Source: Candidatus Marinacidobacterales bacterium
GTDB lineage: Bacteria > Acidobacteriota > Vicinamibacteria > Marinacidobacterales > DATDRI01
DNA: 64,000 bases
Direction: 5' to 3'
Assembly (NCBI GenBank): GCA_965226495.1
Contig: OZ245365.1
Span: 5,529,783-5,593,782, forward strand
In this document: in pieces, positions 18,409 to 26,710 of the stretch
How the letters are laid out: each line of letters starts with the position of its first letter
Position numbering within the stretch: the first letter of the stretch is position 1
The notes under the pieces: model-generated
What the model was told of the DNA's origin: nothing
The model's database searches: none
Seen by the model: only the letters and a program-made list of their open reading frames with translations
Program-made: the position numbers and the translations under genes

Positions 18409-20801
18409 TGCAGACGTTCTTCCAAGACATTCGGTTCGGCTGTCGATCGCTGTGGAAACAACCCACCTTCACTGCCGTTGCGGTGATCACCATCGCCTTG
18501 GGCATTGGTGGCAACACGGCCATGTTCAGCGTGGTGAACGCGGTACTCCTCAAACCTTTCTCCTTCCAGGATCCGGAACAACTCGTTCGTGTCGAGAGCC
18601 GCAACTCCTATCCCGATGTGGCCGACTGGATCCAACAGTCTCGGACGGGAGAGAACTTCGGTGGATACGCGACGTTTTTTCTCGACCTGACCCAAGGGGA
18701 CGAGCCGGAGCGCATACCGGGTTCGGCGGTCACCGGAAGCCTCTTTCCGCTACTGGGCGTCAACCCCGCCCTAGGCCGAACACTCGAGCCCGATGACGAC
18801 GTTCCCGGCGGGGCACGTGTCATCCTTCTGAGCGACGGCTTCTGGAAAAGGCATCTGGGTAGCGATCCCGAGATCGTCGGCAAGCCTCTTTCCTTTAATG
18901 GAGATCAATACACGGTGGTGGGGGTCATGCCGATGGGGTTCCAGCTGCCTCTCAATCGTTCCGAGACTTGGGTACCGACTCGGGTGGTGATGCGGGAAGC
19001 CTCCGCGGCACGCGGGGCACACATGTTTCAAGCGGTGGGCCGTCTCAAGACAGACGTGAGCCTCGAACAGGCGCAGGCCGATATGGACAATATCGCAGCT
19101 CGTCTCGAGGAGCTCTACCCTGAGGAGAACCTCGACCGCCGTTTCATTCTCGCTCCGCTACAGGAGTACGTTGCTCGTGGAGCGAGACCCACGCTGGTGA
19201 TCCTTCTCGGCGCGGTCGGTTTTGTCTTGCTCATCGCTTGCGCGAATGTCGCCAACTTGCTGCTGGCGCGAGGGGCGGCGAGACAGCGTGAGATCGCCTT
19301 GCGCGCTGCGCTGGGCGCCGGACGCGCGCGGCTTTTCCGCCAGCTACTGACAGAGAGCGTACTTCTCTCGCTCGCCGGCGGAGCGCTCGCCGCGCCCTTA
19401 GCGTTCGCCATCGTGCGCGTCGTCGTGGCGCTCGGCTCGGAGAGCATCCCTAGACTCGACGAGATCGCACTAGACGGACACGTCTTGGGCTTCGCACTCG
19501 GGCTCTCCGTCCTCACCGGGATCGTGTTCGGACTCATTCCCGCCGCCCACGCCACAGTACCGCGCCTCTTCGATGCACTCAGGGAGGGTGGTCGAGCCTC
19601 GGGTAGCGTTTTGCCCCGCAGATTCCGCAGCGGACTCGTCGTTTCCGAGATGGCGTTGGCAGTCGTGTTGTTGATCGGGGCCGGCCTCTTGCTACGGAGT
19701 TTCTATCAACTACAGAACGTCGAGCCCGGGTTCGACCACGAAAAACTCTTAACGATGGAATTTTCTCTTCCCGCCAGCACCTATCGTGAGATACCCAAAA
19801 GAATTCTCTTCTATCAACGGCTACTCGAAGAGCTCGGCACCCTTCCTGGTGTCGAATCTGCGGCGGCGACCACCGAACTGCCGTTGGGAAGCAACTTCGT
19901 CCCTCACAACTTTGTGGTCGAGGGTAAACCCATGGATCCAGGAACCGAGCCCGAGATCTATTATCGCGGCATCAGCCCGGGCTACTTGGATACGATGGGC
20001 ATTCCGCTCCTTAAGGGTCGCCGCTTCACCGATCAAGACCGAGAGGGGGCCCCGAGCGTCGGCATCATTAATGAGGCCCTCGCTCGACAACTCTTCCCTG
20101 ATGAGGATCCCATCGGGCAAAGGTTCCGATGGGCGCGGCGGTCGGTCCTCTACTGGATCACCATCGTGGGTGTGGCAGGTGACGTGAGGCCCTTCGGGTT
20201 GGATGTCGCCGAGCAAGCGGCCGTCTACATACCATTCACGCAGGAGCGGGATTGGTGGCGAACGTGGATGCACGTTGTGCTCAGAACGACTACCGAGCCC
20301 ATGAGCTTGGCGCCGGCGATCAAGAGTCGCGTCGCGGAACTCGCCAAGACCATCCCGGTCGCCAACATCCGAGGCATGGAAGATCTCATGGCCGACTCGC
20401 TCGCCCCGCGCCGGGCACGATTTTGGTTGCTCGGAGGTTTCGCCGCGATCGCTATGCTCCTGGCCGCGGTTGGAATCTATGGCGTCCTCTCGTTCATGGT
20501 CGTGCAACGCACCAGCGAAATCGGCGTCCGCATGGCCCTGGGGGCGCGCCGGGCCGACGTCTTGAGAATGGTCATTGGCGAAGGAATGCTCTTGGCGATC
20601 GTCGGGATCGCCCTGGGAGTATTGGGAGCACTAGCTTTGACTGGAGTCATGTCGAGCCTTCTTTATGAAGTAAACGCCGCCGACCCGCTGACCTTCGTCA
20701 TCATCGCCGCCCTACTGACCGGTGTGGCTCTCGCCGCGAGCTTCGTGCCCGCCTTCCGGGCCACCCGAGTCGATCCCCTCACCGCACTCCATTACGAGTA
20801 A
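18405..20801 (+). CDS. ADOP-family duplicated ABC permease (MacB-like periplasmic domain plus two FtsX modules)
   Basis: Starts [49 protein letters not shown], the characteristic ADOP N-terminus. Two 4-TM FtsX-like blocks. The 4-bp overlap with the peptidase gene implies translational coupling. Confidence 0.85.
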   Translation: [798 protein letters not shown]

Positions 20802-20815
20802 GCTTCCCTTCCTTA

Positions 20816-20844
20816 TTGACAGCTAGAGTTCTGCCCTCTATCAT
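20816..20844 (+). promoter_or_regulatory. Near-consensus sigma70-type promoter TTGACA-N17-TATCAT
   Basis: TTGACA at 20816-20821, a 17-nt spacer, TATCAT at 20839-20844. It is followed by an unusually AT-rich tract (aatcaaatacaaaattcaaaccttttcagaattt) and a roughly 130-nt leader before the RBS/ATG at 20976. Confidence 0.5.
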
Positions 20845-20975
20845 GTAATCAAATACAAAATTCAAACCTTTTCAGAATTTCCTGCGGCGCACTGCGTATC
20901 GTTCGATGGTGATTCCGCCCTATCTTCCAAGACGGCGCACCACCGAAGTCTCATCACAACTAGAAGAGGAGTCCT

Positions 20976-21176
20976 ATGAATCAAGCGCGTGCCATTTGGG
21001 CGATGTTGACCGTCGCAGCGACTTACCTTAGTGTCACCGGAGCCTTCACGCTCCTGGCTTTTGTCGGCCTCGTCCCCTGGACCGAGGCCAGCGAGGTCGT
21101 CGAGGCCTTCTCCGCCTTGTCGAGCCTCGGCGTAGGCGGGGTTATTGGGCTCTATTTGGGCTCCGGTCCCTCTTAG
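20976..21176 (+). CDS. Small hypothetical 2-TM membrane protein (66 aa)
   Basis: AGGAG RBS 7 nt upstream of the ATG. High GC3. Two hydrophobic helices (AIWAMLTVAATYLSVTGAFTLLAFVGLV ... ALSSLGVGGVIGLYLG). The 3' end overlaps a convergent ORF. Confidence 0.35.
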   Translation: MNQARAIWAMLTVAATYLSVTGAFTLLAFVGLVPWTEASEVVEAFSALSSLGVGGVIGLYLGSGPS

Positions 21177-21507
21177 CACCCACCAGTAGCGACACGACAA
21201 AACAAAGCAAGATGAATCCGATCGTGATGATCGGTGGGTAGATGAAGTACGCGACGCTGATGGCTAGAAGAACCGTCGTGTAGCCGGCGTCCATCCAGGT
21301 CAATGTTCGAAGGAACTCATGATCGTCGCCTCGCGCTCGGACCACAACCAGGCTCAGCGATCCTGCGAAGACCAGACTTGCCGCGAAGATCAAGCTGTAC
21401 CCCTGCAGGAAATCCATCATCGAGCGCTCGATGCCGCCGAAGTCAAAGCGGTAGGTGGTCATCAGCGCGAGGGAGTGTCTCCTCGGTCTCGTTAGCGGGC
21501 TCGGCAC
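21142..21507 (-). CDS. Hypothetical membrane protein
   Basis: 121-aa ORF (possibly starting at the internal ATG 21462) with three hydrophobic helices. No recognisable domain. Convergent 35-bp overlap with the small ORF, so at most one of the two may be real. Confidence 0.3.
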   Translation of the reverse strand: MPSPLTRPRRHSLALMTTYRFDFGGIERSMMDFLQGYSLIFAASLVFAGSLSLVVVRARGDDHEFLRTLTWMDAGYTTVLLAISVAYFIYPPIITIGFILLCFVVSLLVGAKRDRSPNRAQ

Positions 21508-21605
21508 TGCTGAAGTGGCCGATCATATGAAGCCCCGCGGTTCACCAGCATCGCGTAAGCCCCCAGCTTGAACCAGAATGTGCTTTTCTTCATGTCGTAG
21601 CCCGC

Positions 21606-22397
21606 CTATTGGATCAGGTGCGTCGGCAAGGGTTCGCCGGTCTCGAGTAATGTCTTCAGGCTGTTGAGAAGGATGGGCCAACCGCCCGAGGTCTCCTTGT
21701 AGGTCCGGGACTCCCCGTCGAAATCATCATGGGTTACAGTGAGCTTCACGAGGTCGGTATCCCCGAAGCGCTCGATCTCGTACGAGGCGCGGGAAGGCTT
21801 GTCTCCGGTTTGTGGGAAGGAGAAGGTGTGAACGAGTTTCCTTCCTGGGTCGACTTCGAGAACCTTTCCCGTGACCGCCGCTACCCGCTCTCCCTTTTCG
21901 TCGTTCATAAAGTAATTCAGGGGCGAACCGGGCTCTAGGTCGGTTTCGATATCGGTGCCATAAAAGTACTGACGCGTCCGTTCGGGATTAACGAGCGCAT
22001 CCCAGACCTTATCGGGTGTCGAGCGGATGTAGAGAACATAAACCTGCTGCAGCTTGGTTTGGGTGGTCACGGTGTCCTCCTTTTCGAGCTCATCTTTCAA
22101 CGCCGTCAGCCTGGAAGCCCAGCGGGCGCTGTACTGCGACATCCACCGGTCGGAGATGGCCTGGATGGGGATCGCGTTGAGATAGAGCTCCTTGGTCTTG
22201 CCGTTCCGGCGCCGCACGATAAGCCCTGCGTCCTCCAGGACACGAAGGTGTTTGAGGACGGCGTACCGGGTGAAAAAGAAGTGAGAAGCAAGCTCGGAGA
22301 CGGTCATCCCGGGCTGATCTTTCACTAGATCGAGCATTAGCCGGCGATTGGAGTCGGCAAGTGCCCTAAACGTGCGGTCATCTGACATTTCTTTCAT
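21606..22397 (-). CDS. ArsR-family HTH regulator fused to SRPBCC (AHSA1/activator-of-Hsp90-ATPase-like) domain
   Basis: N-terminal RALADSNRRLMLDLVKDQPGMTVSELASHFFFTRYAVLKHLRVLEDAGLIVRRRNGKTKELYL is an ArsR HTH. The C-terminal roughly 150 aa has the SRPBCC fold pattern. Confidence 0.72.
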   Translation of the reverse strand: MKEMSDDRTFRALADSNRRLMLDLVKDQPGMTVSELASHFFFTRYAVLKHLRVLEDAGLIVRRRNGKTKELYLNAIPIQAISDRWMSQYSARWASRLTALKDELEKEDTVTTQTKLQQVYVLYIRSTPDKVWDALVNPERTRQYFYGTDIETDLEPGSPLNYFMNDEKGERVAAVTGKVLEVDPGRKLVHTFSFPQTGDKPSRASYEIERFGDTDLVKLTVTHDDFDGESRTYKETSGGWPILLNSLKTLLETGEPLPTHLIQ

Positions 22398-22468
22398 GTG
22401 AACAATAAGTCACTTTAAATATCAACGATCAGCAATATAGGTTCATTAGGTGCCTTTGTCAATATACT

Positions 22469-22486
22469 AGTGACTATTTAGTCACT
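22469..22486. promoter_or_regulatory. Perfect palindrome AGTGACT-attt-AGTCACT in an AT-rich divergent promoter region; further AGTCACT half-site at 22408-22414
   Basis: Read from the sequence. Located 72-90 bp upstream of the ArsR-family gene start (22397) and upstream of the TonB-receptor gene. Candidate autoregulatory operator. Confidence 0.5.
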
Positions 22487-22789
22487 TATTTGTAGTGTAG
22501 CGCCATGACTAATCGGCAACACCCAGACGCCCTCGAGATAGACGCCTACGAAACTCCAGATCGGAGATCCAAATGGTCGGATTTCGACTCCCCTTCGTCA
22601 CCGTAAACCTATGAATTCAAGCCCTCGGGCTATTGGCTCGCTTGTTGCATTATTGCAGCCGGTGTGGTTTGACAGGTCGACATCATGAGACCTATGCTTC
22701 GTCTACCAATGTCATCCCGGTCCATCTGCAATGTTCTGGAGTGGCCGGCGATTGTGCCGAATCTTCGCTTGGCGCGATAAGGAGCATTA

Positions 22790-23560
22790 ATGTCTAGAAA
22801 ACTTCCTTTGATTGCTAGCTTTCTCGCATTGTTTTCCCTGAGCGTGCCGGTGATGGCCCAGCGCACCACCGGGAACATCGTTGGAGTCGTGTCCGACGAG
22901 ACCGGCGCGATTTTGCCGGGAGTGACAGTCACGATAGCTGGTCAATACCTCATGGCTTCTCAAACCGCGACGTCCACCGCGTCCGGACGCTACCGGTTTC
23001 CCAACTTGCCGCCCGGTCCCTACACACTGACCTTCAGCCTCACCGGGTTCGCTTCCTTAACTCGCAGCGACCTGCGGTTGGAAACCGGCGCGACTCTCGA
23101 AGTGAACGTTGTGCTCAAGTTGAGCCAGGTCGCCGAGTCGGTCACCGTGACCGGAGAACAACCGGTCGTCGACGTACGTTCCTCCGAAATAAGCACCAAC
23201 TACGATCGCGAATGGGTAGAGAATGCTCCGCTTCCACGCTTCACCTTCTTCGACCTCATCAACGCGGCCCCGGGCATCAGCCAGAACGACTCACAGGACT
23301 CCCGATCCACCGCACTCGGCTCGGGAACAGACGAGAACTCCTATATGCTGGACGGCACAGATTTCACGTCCCCTTTTACCGGGGCCGCCTGGCCCTGGCC
23401 CAACACCGATGCCATCGCCGAAGTGGAGGTGCTGTCCTTAGGAGCTCCCGCCGAGTACGGCAACCTCTCCGGCGCTGTCTTCAACATCACCACTCGCCAG
23501 GGAAGTAACGACTTCCACGGGGATGTGAATTACTACTACCAATCCGAGGGCTTGACGGCT
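22790..23560 (+). pseudogene. TonB-dependent receptor, 5' fragment (signal peptide plus CarboxypepD_reg-like and plug start), interrupted by an IS
   Basis: MSRKLPLIASFLALFSLSVPVMAQRTTGNIVGVVSDETGAILPGVTVTI...FHGDVNYYYQSEGLTA, then IS sequence begins. The track ORF tail after 23560 is IS-derived. Confidence 0.75.
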
Positions 23561-24598
23561 TGTGACTTCAAGTTTGAAGCGCACCATTCGTTAGTTCCCA
23601 TGGAAACGTTCCTCCGGTGTGCGGTAACCGAGCCTCTTGCGGGGCCGTGTGTTGAGCTTCTTTGCGATACCATCGCAGTGGCGTTGCGTGAGCGCTGCTT
23701 GGCTGGTGCGCTTCGGCAGGTATTGTCGTAGCAATCCATTGAAGTTCTCGTTGCTGCCTCTCTCCCATGAGTGATAGGGAGTTGCAAAGTAGAACTTGAC
23801 GCCGGTCGCTTCCTCGACGGATTCGTAGTCGTGGAACTCCGTGCCATTGTCCGCGGTGATGGTCTTGACCTGATCCGGCACCCGCCGGAGCAACATCTTC
23901 GTTCGCTGGCTAGTGCCGAACATGCTGCGGTCGGACAGTTTGCCGATCAGCGCATAGCCCGTCTTTCGTTCCACGAGCGTGGTGACGCAGTCCGGCGCGT
24001 CTTTTCCTACCACGGTGTCAATCTCCCAGTGGCCAACGGCACGGCGCTTGTCGATACAAGACGGCCGCTCGGAGATGTGACGCTTCCCGGCCAGGCGGCC
24101 TCGGCTGTCGTAGCTGTTGTGGCGCTTGCGTCTAAGTTTGGGCGAGCATCGAAGGTGGCGGTATAGATGTCCTCCGGCCTCCTTGTCCCGCCAAACGTGG
24201 GTGTAGATCGTCTCGTGGCTGATCGAGAGCTCGCCGTGAAGGCGCAGGTGGCCGGAGATCTGCTCTGGGCTCCAGTCGGCCTTAAGCTTCTTCTCCACCA
24301 GGGCAAAGTCGGCCTTTGTGAAGTACTGGTTCCGGCGAGACCGCGAGCGTCGTCCGTTCGTTCTCTCGATGGCCTTGCTCGGCCGGTAGCATCCATCACT
24401 AGGTGAGCTGTTCCTCCTGACCTCTCTCGAGATGGTGCTCCGGTGGCGCCCCAGGCGCCGCGCGATCTCGGCCGAGCAAAATCCCTCCCGTCGCAGCGCC
24501 GCGATGGTGTAGCGTTCTTCCGAGGTGATCTGGTAATAAGTCATTAGCGAGTCCCCATTCTTGGTTGTTTGAGGAATCGTGGCACATTCCAGGTCACC
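23561..24598 (-). mobile_element. IS30-family insertion sequence (about 1.04 kb) inserted into the TonB-dependent receptor gene
   Basis: Single DDE transposase ORF flanked by imperfect terminal inverted repeats (left tGTGACttcaag...; right ...ccaGGTCACc). The host ORF resumes in frame after it. Boundaries are approximate to a few bp. Confidence 0.78.
23591..24544 (-). CDS. IS30-family transposase
   Basis: 317 aa. N-terminal HTH (YQITSEERYTIAALRREGFCSAEIARRLGRHRSTISRE) and C-terminal DDE integrase core (GHWEIDTV...ITADNGTEF...SWERGSNENFNGLLRQYLPK) typical of IS30. Confidence 0.85.
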   Translation of the reverse strand: MTYYQITSEERYTIAALRREGFCSAEIARRLGRHRSTISREVRRNSSPSDGCYRPSKAIERTNGRRSRSRRNQYFTKADFALVEKKLKADWSPEQISGHLRLHGELSISHETIYTHVWRDKEAGGHLYRHLRCSPKLRRKRHNSYDSRGRLAGKRHISERPSCIDKRRAVGHWEIDTVVGKDAPDCVTTLVERKTGYALIGKLSDRSMFGTSQRTKMLLRRVPDQVKTITADNGTEFHDYESVEEATGVKFYFATPYHSWERGSNENFNGLLRQYLPKRTSQAALTQRHCDGIAKKLNTRPRKRLGYRTPEERFHGN

Positions 24599-26621
24599 TC
24601 ATCCGGGAGCTGTGTTGCACTTACTTTATGAATTCGCGGCTAGTAACACCACTCCGGCGCAGGACGACGGCTTCCCCTTCAACCGCGACTTTTACAACGA
24701 CTTCACGGCGCAGGTCGGTGGACCGATCATAAAGGACAGGCTCTGGTTTTTCGGCTCCTACCAGCACCAAGAGGACTCCAGTACCCAGCCCGGCGTCAAT
24801 CCGGACTTCCCGACCCTGACCGAGAGCGACCGGATGTTCGTCAAGGTCAATTATCAAATTAATGACAACCACCGGCTGCTCTTCGCTCTCCATAACGACT
24901 GGTACTTTCTGCCAGGCGAACAAAATGCCAACACCGCTCCCACCACTGTGGGTGTAGAGTCCGGAAACAACCCGTCACCCAATCTGACGTACACCGGAAT
25001 ATTCTCGGCAAACACTCTCGTCGAGGCCCGCTTCTCGGGTTTCTACGGCACCGACCACGGAGACCCCATAGTGGAGGGAGAGCCCCGAGTAAAACCTCGC
25101 TTCTACAATCTCGATACGGGTCAGATTACGGGAGGGGTCTACTACTGGTACGACAGCAACGTTTTCAAGACCGGCGTTTCCGGCAAAGTCTCTCACTACG
25201 CCGATCAGTTTCTCGGAGGAAGCCACGACTTCAAGTTCGGCGCTCAGTACAGCCGGGGCGGTGTGGACAACGGCGCCTACGGTGCCAACGACTTCATCTA
25301 CACGTACGAGTACTACGGCGAGCCCTATGCCTATGGATACTCCTACGATGCCTTTGGCTACGGCGGCATCGCAGAAACCATTGGTGTCTTTGTCGATGAC
25401 AGCTGGGCGGTCAACGACCGACTCACGCTCAACCTAGGTCTTAGGTACGATCACAAAGTCGCCTCGGTCCCCGAGCTTTCCGTCCCTGACGCGGCCGGGA
25501 ACCTTACGGGTGCAACCTTCCCCGCGAGGGATCTCTACACGTGGGACACTATCTCACCCAGGCTGGGCTTCAACTTGAGACTGACCACGGATGGAAAAAC
25601 AGCCCTGAAGGGACATTGGGGTCGCTACTACCGGGGCATCGTGACCGGCGAGTTTGTCTACGAGCTCGGGTTGACACCCGCCTCGACTTTTGCCGGGTCC
25701 TATGATCTAGCCACACAGCAGTTCACAAGCCTAGAAGAGTTCGAGTCCAGTTTGAACAAGGGCGTGGATCCGGACTACTCCAACCCATACACCGATCAGT
25801 TCATTATTGGTTTCGAGAGAGAGCTCACCACCAATTGGGGGTTCTCCGCCAACTATGTTCACAAGCGGGGGAGGAACAACGCCGCCTGGAGCGCCACCGG
25901 TGAGTACGAGGAGATCACCTATATCGACGACCAAGGCACAGATGCCACCGGCAATCCCATCACGGTCTTGGCTCTGGTGAGTGATCCAGGCGACCGCTTC
26001 TTTACCATCGGCAATGACGACCGGATGTCGACCGACGTGAACGCCGTCACCATCACGCTCAGGAAACGGATGTCCGACCGCTGGCAAATGACCAACTCCC
26101 TGGTCTTCATGAAGACTAGCGGACGACTGCCTTCTAGTATCGACTCCTTCGGTCGTCAGAACGCTTCTCTCGTTTTCAGCGACTTCGGACAAAATCCCAA
26201 CGACTTCATCAATACGGACGGACGACTCGTCAACGACCGACCGGTGGAGTTCAAGACCTCGCTCGTCTACGAGTTCCCCTTCAACCTCATGCTCGCGGCC
26301 GGTTGGAGGCTTCAGAGCGGGAAGCCATGGGCGAGGACGGTTCGGCCCGAGGGAACCGGGCTCGTCACCGAGATCTTGGCAGAGCAGATTGACGGTAGTC
26401 GCCGCGTTTCCACGTGGAACCTCCTCGATCTGAGAGCGCAATATGCCATCGAGCTTGGCGGCGGAACGAATGTCGCGTTTTTCGGCGACGTTTTCAATCT
26501 GTTCAACGAAGACGCCAACGAGGAGGTCTTGAGCACGCTCGGCACGTCGGAAAGCTTTGACTTTCCTAGCTTCTTCGTGCTTCCACGCCGTTTGATGCTT
26601 GGCGCGAAGTTCCGCTTTTAG
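24599..26621 (+). pseudogene. TonB-dependent receptor, 3' fragment (beta-barrel, ends ...AKFRF)
   Basis: ...LLYEFAASNTTPAQDDGFPFNRDFYNDFTAQVGGPIIKDRLWFFGSYQHQ... through to a C-terminal aromatic residue, typical of an outer-membrane barrel. Continues the 22790 ORF in frame once the IS is removed. Confidence 0.75.
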
Positions 26622-26655
26622 AAGAAACACGACCGCACGTCGAGCTTTGCTCCTA

Positions 26656-26680
26656 CAAGGCCCCGGGGCTTTTTTTCGCC
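26656..26680 (+). terminator. Intrinsic terminator after the TonB-receptor gene
   Basis: aaGGCCCCGGGGCtttttttc: a GC palindrome followed by a T7 run, 35 nt past the stop. Confidence 0.6.
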
Positions 26681-26710
26681 CGATGGAGTGGACGGGAATC
26701 TAAGCCCATA

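Noticed and set aside
20862-21200. 112-aa minus-strand ORF
   Set aside because: It overlaps both the consensus promoter and the small + ORF, and has no RBS or homology.
25731-26630. 299-aa minus-strand ORF
   Set aside because: Antisense shadow of the TonB-receptor barrel region. No homology.
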